Positions 17,359-27,409 of a stretch of DNA of 44,371 bases are shown here, piece by piece. This stretch comes from a virus. Lineage: Duplodnaviria; Heunggongvirae; Uroviricota; Caudoviricetes. Position numbers and translations under genes: made by a program. The notes beneath the pieces were generated by a model. It ran no database searches. It had not been told where the DNA came from and saw only the letters and a list, made by a program, of their open reading frames with translations. Numbering within the stretch: the stretch's first letter is position 1; each line of letters begins with the position of its first letter. The stretch lies in the IMG/VR virus record IMGVR_UViG_2627854098_000001; one strand, written 5' to 3'.

Positions 17359-17821
17359 TCCTCAGCGTAAAGCTTTCCTCGATATGGTGGCCTGGTCAGA
17401 AGGAACGGATAATGGGCTACAACCGACACGTAATCATGGTTATGACGTCATTGTGGGCGGAGAAATATTCACTGATTACTCCGATCACCCTCGCAGACTT
17501 GTCACGCTAAACCCAAAACTCAAATCAACGGCTGCCGGGCGCTACCAGCTTCTTTCCCGCTGGTGGGATGCATACCGTAAACAGCTTGGACTGAAAGACT
17601 TCTCTCCAAAAAGCCAGGATGCTGTTGCACTGCAGCAGATTAAAGAGCGTGGTGCTTTACCGATGATTGATCGCGGTGATATTCGTCAGGCTATCGACCG
17701 TTGCAGCAATATCTGGGCTTCACTGCCGGGAGCTGGTTATGGTCAGTTTGAGCATAAGGCTGACAGCCTGATTGCAAAATTCAAAGAAGCCGGCGGAACG
17801 GTCAAAGAGATTCAGGTATGA
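17345..17821 (+). CDS. R: endolysin, lambda R-type lytic transglycosylase
   Basis: Near-identity over most of its length to lambda R as I recall it ([17 protein letters not shown]...[12 protein letters not shown]...). Confidence 0.9.
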   Translation: MQNLNPQRKAFLDMVAWSEGTDNGLQPTRNHGYDVIVGGEIFTDYSDHPRRLVTLNPKLKSTAAGRYQLLSRWWDAYRKQLGLKDFSPKSQDAVALQQIKERGALPMIDRGDIRQAIDRCSNIWASLPGAGYGQFEHKADSLIAKFKEAGGTVKEIQV

Positions 17822-18255
17822 GCAGAGTAACGGTGATTATATCCGCTCTGGTTATCTGCATCATCGTCTGCTTGTCATGGGCTGTTGATAATTACCGTGA
17901 TGACGCCATCGTCTACAAAGTACAGCGCGATAAAGCCACATCCATCATCGCTGATATGCAGAAGCGTCAACGTAATGTAGCTGAACTCGATGCCAGATAT
18001 ACAAAGGAGCTTGCTGATGCTAATGCGACTATCGAAAGTCTTCGTGCTGATGTTTCTGCTGGGCATAAGCGCCTGCAAGTCGCCGCCACCTGTACAAAGT
18101 CAACGACCGGAGCCAGCGGCATGGGCGATGGAGAAAGCCCTAGACTTACAGCAGATGCTGAACTCCATTATTACCGTCTCCGAAGTGGAATCGACAAGAT
18201 AACCTCACAGGTCAATTACTTGCAGGAGTATATCAGGACGCAATGTCCCAACTAA
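17818..18255 (+). CDS. rz: i-spanin Rz
   Basis: N-terminal TM then coiled-coil; [22 protein letters not shown] like lambda Rz. Confidence 0.85.
   Translation: MSRVTVIISALVICIIVCLSWAVDNYRDDAIVYKVQRDKATSIIADMQKRQRNVAELDARYTKELADANATIESLRADVSAGHKRLQVAATCTKSTTGASGMGDGESPRLTADAELHYYRLRSGIDKITSQVNYLQEYIRTQCPN
18017..18202 (+). CDS. rz1: o-spanin Rz1 (embedded, +1 frame)
   Basis: Lipobox LLGISAC then Pro-rich segment; nested inside rz. Confidence 0.75.
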   Translation: MLMRLSKVFVLMFLLGISACKSPPPVQSQRPEPAAWAMEKALDLQQMLNSIITVSEVESTR

Positions 18256-18325
18256 TCACATTTTGAGGATATTTAACGTCTATGCTTTAATGATTTTATT
18301 CATTGTTTTATAATCGCGAAGAATA

Positions 18326-18577
18326 ATGATGAACTTGGCAAAGGATATGATTATGCGTATTAAACCTCAAGATTTTAAGTTTGATGTGTTGACTGTTGCT
18401 GGTTACGCTAACCCTAAAGCTAAAACACATTTCGCACCTTCTGCTTCTGGATTTAATTTTAAATGGGAGTGGGAAGGGAAAATTTATGAGCTTCATATCG
18501 AGCAAGAAAAATTACAGTACCCTGATTTTATTCTTGAACGACTTTTTGATGCCGCAATTGAGATGGCTAAAAAATGA
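18326..18577 (+). CDS. hypothetical small protein (83 aa), AT-rich moron
   Basis: ORF only; no family recognised. Confidence 0.35.
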   Translation: MMNLAKDMIMRIKPQDFKFDVLTVAGYANPKAKTHFAPSASGFNFKWEWEGKIYELHIEQEKLQYPDFILERLFDAAIEMAKK

Positions 18578-18683
18578 CAAAAATCACCGGATGGGGTTTT
18601 TGTTTATAGATATTCACACATAGCCCTTGCATCTAGAACAGAAAATCTTGTCATGGCGCGGGGCTATGTTAGCAAAAATTTAT

Positions 18684-19186
18684 TTAATAGGATATTTTGT
18701 TTGCAGATTTAAGCTCTTTAAGAGTAGCGTCAAGTATATGTAAAAATAGAGAAGTGTCGCCATACTCATAATGTGGCTCGGATTTGTATTCTCTAATATA
18801 AATAAATCCACCTTTGGATAAAAATAAATCAATCAGCTCGTTGTTATTTTCATCGGTTGGGTCAATGGCAGCAAACTTCAATACAGGAGCTTCATCAATG
18901 ACTAGCAGTGTTTCTTTGAAAATAAGTTCTAGTTCATATGTTGAAAGTTTGAGGGTTAACCTATTTTTTTATCTTTATTGAAAATTATTGTGTCGCCAAG
19001 AAAATCGTATTCAGAGCTTGAGTCAATAATGTTATTCTTAAGTTTGAGAGATATTGCATCTAAAGCCTTTTTATGCTCTGCGCACTTAACAACTTTATGA
19101 ACATCTAAACTGGGGATACTCATAATACAACCACCTATGTAAGAACTAAAGAGCATTGAGTCTATGTGATTAATATCAAGACCCAA
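18684..19186 (-). pseudogene. minus-strand AT-rich hypothetical gene split into two ORFs by a frameshift at a T7 run (18964-18970)
   Basis: ORFs 18956-19186 and 18684-18881 would fuse into one ORF of about 155 codons if the run were A8 or A5 on the coding strand. Confidence 0.4.
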
Positions 19187-19225
19187 TTAAATTTTTTAAA
19201 TTATTAGAGTTAGATCCCACTTTAA

Positions 19226-19576
19226 ATGCCCCCACGAACCCCAAAAGCCTGCCGCGTTCGCGGCTGCCGCCAAACCACCACTGATCCGTCAGGCTATTGT
19301 GAAAGCCACAAAAGCGAAGGCTGGAAACAATACAAGCCAGGACAATCCCGTCACCAGCGCGGCTACGGTTCGAAGTGGGATGTTATCCGCGCGCGCGTGC
19401 TGAAGCGTGACAAAGGCCTGTGTCAGTTGTGCCTGCATGTCGGTGTGGTGCGTGAGGCGAAAACCGTTGACCACATCATCCCTAAAGCGCATGGCGGCAC
19501 TGATGCAGACTGCAATCTGCAGAGCCTGTGCTGGCCGTGTCATAAGGCGAAGACGGCCCGTGAACGACTGAAGTGA
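19226..19576 (+). CDS. HNH endonuclease (terminase-associated)
   Basis: HNH motif (VDHIIPKAHGGTDADCNLQSLCWPCH); directly upstream of terminase small subunit. Confidence 0.8.
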   Translation: MPPRTPKACRVRGCRQTTTDPSGYCESHKSEGWKQYKPGQSRHQRGYGSKWDVIRARVLKRDKGLCQLCLHVGVVREAKTVDHIIPKAHGGTDADCNLQSLCWPCHKAKTARERLK

Positions 19577-19602
19577 TAATAATTCTCAACTTTCTGAGGG
19601 GA

Positions 19603-19657
19603 GGGGCGGGTCAAATCCCTGTGACCTGACGTCTTCCGGACTGCCCGCCCCATCGTT
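19603..19657 (+). terminator. long GC hairpin plus T-run (terminator and/or packaging-site region)
   Basis: GGGGCGGG ... CCCGCCCC arms then ATCGTTTTTTT. Confidence 0.4.
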
Positions 19658-19701
19658 TTTTTATACCCGCGAAAAATGAAATTTAACCAGGAGTGCCGCA
19701 T

Positions 19702-20196
19702 ATGGCTGGAACGGCGGGGCGTTCCGGGCGTCGCCCCAAGCCAACGGCGCGCAAGGCGCTGGCCGGAAACCCCGGCAAGCGAGCCCTGAACAAAGATGAA
19801 CCTGTTTTTACGCCCATCAAAGGTGTTGAGCCACCGGAGTGGTTCGCTGAAGAAGATCTCCCTCTCGCCACGATCATGTGGCAACTGACAACCAAAGAAC
19901 TCTGCGGTCAGGGCCTGCTGTGCGTGACTGACCTCGCGGTGCTTGAGCGGTGGTGCGTGGCCTATGAGTTCTGGCGACGTGCTGTGAAAAATATTGCCAT
20001 ACAGGGCAATACCATCACCGGCGCAATGGGCGGCAGGGTCAAAAATCCGGAGCTGACAGCCAAAAAAGAACAGGAGTCCGAGATGAGCAGCACGGGGGCA
20101 ATGCTCGGACTCGACCCCAGCAGCCGTCAGCGTCTGATTGGCCTGGCGGGGCAGAAGAAAGCCACTAACCCGTTTCTGAAAATCATCGAATCATGA
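19702..20196 (+). CDS. terminase small subunit (P27 family)
   Basis: AGGAG RBS 9 nt before ATG 19702; P27-family-like sequence; precedes terminase large subunit. Confidence 0.75.
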   Translation: MAGTAGRSGRRPKPTARKALAGNPGKRALNKDEPVFTPIKGVEPPEWFAEEDLPLATIMWQLTTKELCGQGLLCVTDLAVLERWCVAYEFWRRAVKNIAIQGNTITGAMGGRVKNPELTAKKEQESEMSSTGAMLGLDPSSRQRLIGLAGQKKATNPFLKIIES

Positions 20197-21926
20197 GCCG
20201 GAAATCTTACCCCAACGTAAATGCTGCCAATCAGTATGCCCGGGATGTCGTGCGCGGAAAGATTGTGGCCTGCCAGTTTGTGATTCAGGCCTGCCAGCGC
20301 CATCTTGATGACCTGATGGCGGAAAAAAGTAAGTCGTTTCGTTACCGCTTCGACAAGGACCTGGCTGAACGGGCCGCCAAATTTATTCAGCTGTTGCCGC
20401 ACACCAAGGGTGAGTGGGCATTTAAGAGGATGCCCATCACGCTGGAGCCGTGGCAGCTCTTTGTGATCTGCTGCGCGTTTGGCTGGGTCAATAAAGGCTC
20501 CCGGCTGCGCCGCTTCCGGGAGGTGTATACCGAAATCCCCCGTAAGAACGGCAAATCGGCAATCTCTGCCGGTGTTGCCCTGTATTGTTTTGCCTGTGAT
20601 AACGAGTTTGGCGCGGAAGTGTATTCCGGTGCCACGACAGAGAAACAGGCGTGGGAAGTCTTTCGCCCGGCTCGACTGATGTGTAAACGCACACCCATGC
20701 TGACGGAAGCGTTCGGGATTGAGGTTAACGCCTCAAACATGAACCGTCCGGAGGATGGCGCGCGGTTTGAACCGCTGATCGGTAACCCCGGTGATGGTTC
20801 ATCACCCCACTGTGCGGTGGTGGATGAATATCACGAGCACGCCACCGATGCGCTTTACACCACGATGCTTACCGGGATGGGGGCGCGACGTCAGCCACTG
20901 ATGTGGGCTATCACCACCGCCGGGTACAACATTGAGGGGCCGTGCTACGACAAGCGGCGGGAAGTCATCGAGATGCTCAATGGCTCGGTGCCTAACGATG
21001 AACTGTTCGGGATCATCTATACCGTTGATGAAGGTGACGACTGGACCGACCCGCAGGTGCTGGAAAAAGCCAATCCAAATATTGGCGTGTCGGTTTATCG
21101 CGAATTTTTGTTAAGTCAGCAGCAGCGTGCGAAAAATAACGCCCGTCTGGCAAACGTCTTTAAAACAAAACACCTCAATATCTGGGTGTCGGCGCGTTCG
21201 GCGTATTTCAACCTGGTGAGCTGGCAGAGCTGCGAGGATAAATCACTGACCCTTGAGCAGTTCGAGGGGCAGCCGTGCATTCTGGCCTTTGACCTGGCGC
21301 GTAAGCTGGATATGAACAGCATGGCGCGACTTTATACCCGCGAGATTGACGGTAAAACGCATTACTACAGTGTGGCCCCGCGTTTCTGGGTACCGTATGA
21401 CACGGTGTACAGCGTCGAGAAAAATGAAGATCGACGGACAGCCGAACGCTTTCAGAAATGGGTGGAAATGGGCGTTCTGACCGTTACCGATGGTGCGGAG
21501 GTGGATTATCGCTACATCCTCGAGGAGGCCAAAGCGGCGAACAAAATCAGCCCGGTCAGTGAGTCACCCATCGACCCCTTCGGGGCGACCGGGTTGTCAC
21601 ATGACCTTGCTGATGAAGACCTGAACCCCATCACTATCATTCAGAACTACACCAACATGTCCGACCCGATGAAAGAGCTGGAAGCGGCAATTGAATCGGG
21701 GCGCTTTCATCATGATGGCAATCCCATCATGACCTGGTGTATCGGCAACGTGGTCGGCAAAACCATTCCGGGTAACGATGATGTGGTGAAACCCGTCAAA
21801 GAGCAGGCGGAAAACAAAATCGATGGTGCAGTTGCGCTGATTATGGCGGTTGGCAGAGCCATGTTGTACGAGAAAGAAGACACGCTGTCTGACCACATTG
21901 AGTCCTACGGGATCCGCTCGCTTTAA
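20193..21926 (+). CDS. terminase large subunit
   Basis: 577 aa; ATPase and nuclease regions typical of HK97-type TerL; synteny. Confidence 0.85.
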   Translation: MSRKSYPNVNAANQYARDVVRGKIVACQFVIQACQRHLDDLMAEKSKSFRYRFDKDLAERAAKFIQLLPHTKGEWAFKRMPITLEPWQLFVICCAFGWVNKGSRLRRFREVYTEIPRKNGKSAISAGVALYCFACDNEFGAEVYSGATTEKQAWEVFRPARLMCKRTPMLTEAFGIEVNASNMNRPEDGARFEPLIGNPGDGSSPHCAVVDEYHEHATDALYTTMLTGMGARRQPLMWAITTAGYNIEGPCYDKRREVIEMLNGSVPNDELFGIIYTVDEGDDWTDPQVLEKANPNIGVSVYREFLLSQQQRAKNNARLANVFKTKHLNIWVSARSAYFNLVSWQSCEDKSLTLEQFEGQPCILAFDLARKLDMNSMARLYTREIDGKTHYYSVAPRFWVPYDTVYSVEKNEDRRTAERFQKWVEMGVLTVTDGAEVDYRYILEEAKAANKISPVSESPIDPFGATGLSHDLADEDLNPITIIQNYTNMSDPMKELEAAIESGRFHHDGNPIMTWCIGNVVGKTIPGNDDVVKPVKEQAENKIDGAVALIMAVGRAMLYEKEDTLSDHIESYGIRSL

Positions 21927-21937
21927 CTGAGGTAATT

Positions 21938-22120
21938 ATGATCATGCTGATTCTCGCGCCTCTGGTGGGCGTGCTGGGTGCGCTTTTGCTGGCATATGGT
22001 GCCTGGCTGATTTATCCCCCGGCGGGTTTTGTTGTTGCCGGGGCGCTGTGCCTGTTCTGGTCGTGGCTGGTGGCGCGATATCTCGATCGTACACAGCTGT
22101 CTGTCGGCGGAGGTAAATAG
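21938..22120 (+). CDS. small hydrophobic protein (60 aa)
   Basis: Two hydrophobic helices; between terminase and portal. Confidence 0.35.
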   Translation: MIMLILAPLVGVLGALLLAYGAWLIYPPAGFVVAGALCLFWSWLVARYLDRTQLSVGGGK

Positions 22121-23361
22121 TGTTCTTTTCGGGATTATTTCAACGAAAAAGTGACGCGCCGGTGACCACGCCAGCAGAGCTGGCGGAGGCTATCGGGCTG
22201 TCATACGACACCTATACCGGAAAGCAGATCAGCAGCCAGCGGGCCATGCGACTGACGGCGGTTTTTTCCTGCGTCAGGGTGCTGGCAGAGTCGGTCGGGA
22301 TGTTGCCCTGCAATCTGTATCACCTGAACGGCAGCCTGAAACAGAGGGCCACCGGCGAACGTCTGCATAAGCTGATCTCCACGCATCCCAATGGCTATAT
22401 GACGCCGCAGGAGTTCTGGGAGCTGGTGGTCACCTGTCTGTGCCTGCGGGGAAACTTTTACGCCTACAAAGTGAAAGCATTTGGCGAAGTGGCTGAACTG
22501 CTGCCCGTCGATCCTGGCTGTGTGGTACCGAAGCTTAACAGTAGCTGGGAGCCGGTCTATCAGGTCACATTCTCGGACGGCTCCACGGATGTGCTGAGCC
22601 AGGAAGATATCTGGCATGTGCGCACGCTGACGCTGGACGGTCTGGTGGGGCTGAATCCCATCGCCTATGCCCGCGAGGCAATATCGCTGGCAGCTGCGAC
22701 CGAAGAGCACGGGGCCAGACTGTTCAGCAATGGTGCGGTGACGTCGGGTGTGTTGCGTACAGAGCAGACGCTGTCAGATCAGGCTTACGAGCGCCTGAAG
22801 AAAGATTTTGAGGAGCGTCACACCGGGCTTGGTAATGCTCACCGCCCGATGATCCTTGAGATGGGGCTGGACTGGAAGTCGATGGCGCTGAACGCCGAGG
22901 ACAGCCAGTTCCTGGAAACCCGCAAGTTTCAGCTTGAAGAAATCTGTCGTCTGTTCCGGGTGCCGTTGCACATGGTGCAGAACACCGATCGCGCCACCTT
23001 CAACAATATTGAAGAGCTGGGGCTGGGATTTATCAACTATTCACTGGTGCCGTATCTGACCCGCATCGAGCAGCGGATCAACACCGGACTGGTTCGAAAA
23101 AGTAAGCAGGGCGTTTATTACGCCAAATTTAACGCCGGGGCGTTACTGCGCGGGGATATGAAGTCCCGTTTTGAAGCCTACGCCACCGGGATTAACTGGG
23201 GAATTTACTCTCCCAATGACTGCCGCGACCTGGAAGATATGAATCCCCGTCCCGGTGGGGATGTCTATCTCACACCGATGAACATGACCACGAAACCCTC
23301 CGATGGCAGTAAAGCCGGTAAGCAGAAGGATAACGCCAATGCAGACGAAACAACGTCTTGA
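22120..23361 (+). CDS. portal protein (HK97 family)
   Basis: GTG start with GGAGG RBS; size and order (terminase-portal-protease-capsid). Confidence 0.8.
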   Translation: MFFSGLFQRKSDAPVTTPAELAEAIGLSYDTYTGKQISSQRAMRLTAVFSCVRVLAESVGMLPCNLYHLNGSLKQRATGERLHKLISTHPNGYMTPQEFWELVVTCLCLRGNFYAYKVKAFGEVAELLPVDPGCVVPKLNSSWEPVYQVTFSDGSTDVLSQEDIWHVRTLTLDGLVGLNPIAYAREAISLAAATEEHGARLFSNGAVTSGVLRTEQTLSDQAYERLKKDFEERHTGLGNAHRPMILEMGLDWKSMALNAEDSQFLETRKFQLEEICRLFRVPLHMVQNTDRATFNNIEELGLGFINYSLVPYLTRIEQRINTGLVRKSKQGVYYAKFNAGALLRGDMKSRFEAYATGINWGIYSPNDCRDLEDMNPRPGGDVYLTPMNMTTKPSDGSKAGKQKDNANADETTS

Positions 23362-23989
23362 TGTACCGCTGAGTCTGAAATCTGTCAGTGACTCCGGTGA
23401 GTTTGAAGGGTATGGCTCCGTCTTTGGTGTAAAGGACAGCCACGATGATGTGGTGATGTCCGGGGCATTTGCTGCTTCCCTGCGGGCGTGGAGTGACAGA
23501 AAAGCGTTACCTGCGCTGCTCTGGCAGCACCGCATGGATGAACCCATCGGTGTTTACACCGAAATGAAGGAAGACGATGTCGGGCTTTACGTCAGGGGAC
23601 GGTTGCTTATTGATGATGATCCCCTCGCAAAACGCGCACATGCACACATGAAGGCCGGTTCGTTAACCGGCCTTTCTATTGGGTACGTCCTGAAAGACTG
23701 GGAATACGACCGGAGCAAAGAAGCCTTTCTGCTGAAAGAAATCGACCTCTGGGAAGTCAGCCTGGTGACGTTCCCGTCTAACGACGAGGCGCGGATCAGC
23801 GACGTCAAGAACGCACTGGCCCGCGGGGAAATCCCCGAACAGAAAAAAATCGAAAGAGTCCTGCGTGATGTCGGACTCTCCCGTACCCAGGCCAAAGCAT
23901 TCATGGCCGGGGGCTATGGCGCACTGTCCCTGCGCGACGCTGAGGATGTGGGCTCTGCACTGAATGCACTGAAAAATCTGAACTTCTAA
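23339..23989 (+). CDS. prohead protease (HK97 family)
   Basis: Position between portal and capsid; HK97 protease-like sequence; start chosen at ATG 23339 with AGGA RBS. Confidence 0.75.
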   Translation: MQTKQRLDVPLSLKSVSDSGEFEGYGSVFGVKDSHDDVVMSGAFAASLRAWSDRKALPALLWQHRMDEPIGVYTEMKEDDVGLYVRGRLLIDDDPLAKRAHAHMKAGSLTGLSIGYVLKDWEYDRSKEAFLLKEIDLWEVSLVTFPSNDEARISDVKNALARGEIPEQKKIERVLRDVGLSRTQAKAFMAGGYGALSLRDAEDVGSALNALKNLNF

Positions 23990-24003
23990 TCAGGAGAAAT
24001 ACG

Positions 24004-25209
24004 ATGGCGGTTGATATTAAAGATGTCGAACAGGTCGCGCAGGAGCTGCAGCAGAAGTTTGACGACTTCAAAGCAAAGAACGACAAGCGCGTGGATGCGA
24101 TTGAGCAGGAAAAAGGCAAACTTGCCGGGCAGGTGGAAACCCTGAACGGGAAACTCAGCGAGCTGGAAAACCTCAAAAGCGATCTTGAAAAAGAGCTGCT
24201 TGAGCTGAAACGTCCGGCAGGTGGTGCACAAAATAAACTGGCCACCGAGCATAAAGAAGCGTTTGTGGGCTTCCTGCGTAAAGGCCGTGAAGATGGTCTG
24301 CGCGATCTGGAGCGCAAGGCATTGCAGGTGGGCACCGATGAAGACGGCGGCTATGCCGTGCCGGAAGCACTGGATCGCAACATTCTCACCCTGCTGAAAG
24401 ATGAAGTGGTGATGCGCCAGGAAGCCACGGTGATCACCGTTGGTGGTTCCGACTACAAAAAACTGGTGAATCTGGGCGGCACGGCTTCCGGATGGGTTGG
24501 CGAGACTGACGCGCGCTCCCAGACTGCCACCTCAAAACTGGGCCTGATTGAACCTTTCATGGGGGAAATCTACGGTAACCCGCAGGCCACCCAGAAAATG
24601 CTGGATGATGCCTTTTTCAACGTGGAAGCATGGATCAACAGTGAGCTGGCAACCGAATTTGCCGAACAGGAAGAAATTGCCTTTACCACCGGCGATGGTA
24701 CCAAGAAGCCGAAAGGGTTCCTGGCGTATGAATCCACTGATGAAACCGATAAGGTCCGGGCGTTCGGCAAACTTCAGCATATTGTATCCGGCGAAGCGAC
24801 GGCGGTGACCGCAGACGCCATTATCAAACTGATTTACACGCTGCGTAAGGCACACCGCACTGGCGCGAAGTTCATGATGAACAACAACAGCCTGTTTGCC
24901 ATCCGTCTGCTTAAAGACAGCGAGGGTAACTATCTGTGGCGTCCGGGGCTGGAACTGGGGCAGCCGTCCTCTCTGGCGGGTTACGGTATCGCTGAAAACG
25001 AACAGATGCCGGATATCGCCGCTGATGCGAAAGCCATTGCATTTGGTAACTTCAAACGGGGTTACACCATCGTTGACCGTATCGGCACCCGCATTCTGCG
25101 TGACCCGTACACCAATAAACCGTTTGTCGGTTTTTATACCACCAAGCGCACCGGCGGGATGCTGGTCGATTCGCAGGCCATCAAACTGCTGAAGATTGCA
25201 GCGGCGTAA
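24004..25209 (+). CDS. major capsid protein (HK97 fold, with N-terminal coiled-coil delta domain)
   Basis: 401 aa; coiled-coil N-terminus then HK97-like body; AGGAG RBS. Confidence 0.85.
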   Translation: MAVDIKDVEQVAQELQQKFDDFKAKNDKRVDAIEQEKGKLAGQVETLNGKLSELENLKSDLEKELLELKRPAGGAQNKLATEHKEAFVGFLRKGREDGLRDLERKALQVGTDEDGGYAVPEALDRNILTLLKDEVVMRQEATVITVGGSDYKKLVNLGGTASGWVGETDARSQTATSKLGLIEPFMGEIYGNPQATQKMLDDAFFNVEAWINSELATEFAEQEEIAFTTGDGTKKPKGFLAYESTDETDKVRAFGKLQHIVSGEATAVTADAIIKLIYTLRKAHRTGAKFMMNNNSLFAIRLLKDSEGNYLWRPGLELGQPSSLAGYGIAENEQMPDIAADAKAIAFGNFKRGYTIVDRIGTRILRDPYTNKPFVGFYTTKRTGGMLVDSQAIKLLKIAAA

Positions 25210-25216
25210 TCACTCA

Positions 25217-25236
25217 GGGGCGCGGAACCGCGCCCC
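25217..25236 (+). terminator. GC hairpin after capsid gene (no clear U-tract)
   Basis: GGGGCGCGG-AA-CCGCGCCCC. Confidence 0.45.
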
Positions 25237-25258
25237 CTGTTCTGACGGGTGAAGAATC

Positions 25259-25459
25259 ATGATCCTGAAACAAGATCTGAAATGGTCACCGGACGGTATG
25301 CGTGTTGAGGTCATTCGGGCCGGTGAGTATGACGATGGGGCGCTTCCTGCCCGGGTGCAGGAGATTGCACTTCAGGCCGGGTTAGCAGAGCGCGGAATCA
25401 GTGCAAAAAGCAGTAAAGCGGCAAAAGAGAAAAAAGCCACGACCAGTAAAGAGGGCTGA
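25259..25459 (+). CDS. hypothetical small head-region protein (66 aa)
   Basis: ORF only; Lys-rich C-terminus. Confidence 0.35.
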   Translation: MILKQDLKWSPDGMRVEVIRAGEYDDGALPARVQEIALQAGLAERGISAKSSKAAKEKKATTSKEG

Positions 25460-25461
25460 GT

Positions 25462-25785
25462 ATGCTTCTGACAATGGAAGAGATTAAAGCCCAACTCCGG
25501 CTGGATGAGGATTTCGATGCTGATGACCGCCATCTGCAACTGCTGGCCTGTGCGGCACAAAAGCGGACGGAAACGTATCTGAACCGGAAGCTCTATGCAC
25601 CGGATGAAACCATTCCGGACAGCGATCCGGACGGGCTGCACCTGCCGGATGATATTCGTCTGGGGATGCTGATGCTTATCAGCCATTTTTACGAAAACCG
25701 CTCGTCGGTTACGGAAGTGGAGAAACTCGACATGCCGCAGAGTTTTGGCTGGCTTGTCGGCCCGTACAGGTACTTTCCGCAATGA
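25462..25785 (+). CDS. head-tail connector (gp6-like)
   Basis: MLLTMEEIKAQLRLD N-terminus typical of gp6-like connectors. Confidence 0.7.
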   Translation: MLLTMEEIKAQLRLDEDFDADDRHLQLLACAAQKRTETYLNRKLYAPDETIPDSDPDGLHLPDDIRLGMLMLISHFYENRSSVTEVEKLDMPQSFGWLVGPYRYFPQ

Positions 25786-26192
25786 AAATTCGTCAGGCGC
25801 AGACCAGCGCAACCTACATTCTGCCGGACCCCGGTGAACTGAATAAACGCGTCCTGATCCGCCTGCGGGTGGATATGCCCGCGGATAACTTTGGCGTGGA
25901 GCCTCAATACCTGATTACGTTCCGGACATGGGCGAAGGTTATCCAGACCAGTGCCACCACCTGGCAGGAAACCGCGCAGACCGGGGACGCCATCACCCAT
26001 TACATCACCATTCGTTACCGCCGGGGGATTACCGCTGATTATGAGGTGGTCTGCGGTGACAGTGTGTACCGGGTGAAACGTCAGCGCGATCTGAACGGGG
26101 CGCGGCGCTTTCTGCTGCTGGAGTGTACGGAGCTGGGCGAATGTAGGCAGAGTCACGGAGGCAACAATGACGACTTCCTTTTTGCACGTTGA
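25782..26192 (+). CDS. head closure / head-tail joining protein
   Basis: Size and position after connector. Confidence 0.5.
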   Translation: MKIRQAQTSATYILPDPGELNKRVLIRLRVDMPADNFGVEPQYLITFRTWAKVIQTSATTWQETAQTGDAITHYITIRYRRGITADYEVVCGDSVYRVKRQRDLNGARRFLLLECTELGECRQSHGGNNDDFLFAR

Positions 26193-26673
26193 TTTTCAGC
26201 AGCCCGCGGAGATGCGCTTTAACCGCGCCCGTGTCCGGCGGGCGTTTGTCACGATTGGTCAGCGTCATATGCGTGATGCCCGTCGGCTGGTGATGCGCCG
26301 TGCGCGGTCGGCACCGGGTGAAAACCCCGGTTATCAGACCGGACGCCTGGCTCGTTCGATTGGTTACATGGTACCCAGAGCCAGTAAACATCGCCCTGGT
26401 TTTATGGCACGTATAGCCCCTAACCAGCGTAATGGAGAGGGAAACCGCCGTATCACCGGTGATTTTTATCCGGCTTTTTTGTTCTATGGCGTGAGGCGAG
26501 GGGCAAAGCGTCGTCGCAGCCATCATCGTGGTGCATCCGGTGGCAGCGGCTGGCGACTGGCTCCACGTAATAACTTTATGGTGGAAACGCTTGAAAAGAA
26601 CCGCAGCTGGACACGCTATTTTCTGGCGCGGGAATTACGTAAATCACTGAAGCCGGAGCGACGACGCAGATGA
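26167..26673 (+). CDS. HK97 gp10-like morphogenesis protein
   Basis: Arg-rich, position; family guess from memory. Confidence 0.45.
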   Translation: MTTSFLHVDFQQPAEMRFNRARVRRAFVTIGQRHMRDARRLVMRRARSAPGENPGYQTGRLARSIGYMVPRASKHRPGFMARIAPNQRNGEGNRRITGDFYPAFLFYGVRRGAKRRRSHHRGASGGSGWRLAPRNNFMVETLEKNRSWTRYFLARELRKSLKPERRRR

Positions 26674-27230
26674 AACTGACGCCTGTTATTGCTGCGCTGC
26701 GTGCCCGCTGCCCGTATTTTGAAAACCGGGTGGCAGGCGCGGCACAGTTCAAAAATCTGCCGGAGGTCGGAAAGCTGAGACTCCCGGCGGCATATGTGGT
26801 ACCGGGTGATGACTCTCCGGGAGAAAACAAAAGCCAGACCGACTACTGGCAGGAGCTGAAAGAGGGCTTCTCCGTGGTTGTCATACTGAGTAACGGACGT
26901 GATGAGCGCGGTCAGTTTGCCTCGTATGATGTGGTGGACGATGTCCGGCAGATGCTCTTTAAGGCCCTGCTGGGCTGGAACCCGGAAGCGTGCGGTAACC
27001 CGATTACCTATGACGGCGGCACGCTGCTGGATCTGAATCGTCATGAGCTGATTTATCAGTTCGATTTTTCGGTCATCAGCGAGCTGACCGAAGACGATAC
27101 CCGCCAGCAGGATGACCTGAACAGTCTGGATGAACTGCGAACGCTGGCGATTGATGTTGATTATCTCGATCCCGGTAACGGGTCTGACGGCGATATCGAA
27201 CATCACACCGAAATACCCCTTCCTTCCTGA
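26670..27230 (+). CDS. putative tail completion/terminator protein (Mu gp37-like)
   Basis: Position immediately before the sheath module. Confidence 0.4.
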   Translation: MKLTPVIAALRARCPYFENRVAGAAQFKNLPEVGKLRLPAAYVVPGDDSPGENKSQTDYWQELKEGFSVVVILSNGRDERGQFASYDVVDDVRQMLFKALLGWNPEACGNPITYDGGTLLDLNRHELIYQFDFSVISELTEDDTRQQDDLNSLDELRTLAIDVDYLDPGNGSDGDIEHHTEIPLPS

Positions 27231-27238
27231 GGATCATC

Positions 27239-27409
27239 ATGTTTGTGAAACCTGTTAAAGGGCGGTCAGTGCCTGACCCTGCCCGCGGCGACCTTTTGCC
27301 CGCCGAAGGGCGAAATGTTGATGAGAACAACTACTGGCTGCGCCGTGAAGCAGCGGGTGATATCCGGCGCGTGAATAAAAAGGTGAACACCGATGACGAT
27401 AAGCTTTAA
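27239..27409 (+). CDS. small protein (56 aa, DUF2635-like) preceding the sheath gene
   Basis: ATG 27239 with GAGGA RBS; MFVKPVKGRSVPDPARGDLLPAEG...YWLRR; below the ORF-track size cutoff. Confidence 0.5.
   Translation: MFVKPVKGRSVPDPARGDLLPAEGRNVDENNYWLRREAAGDIRRVNKKVNTDDDKL

Noticed and set aside
24532-25192. ORFs on both strands inside the major capsid gene
   Set aside because: Fully nested within a well-supported 401-aa capsid ORF; no independent start signals.
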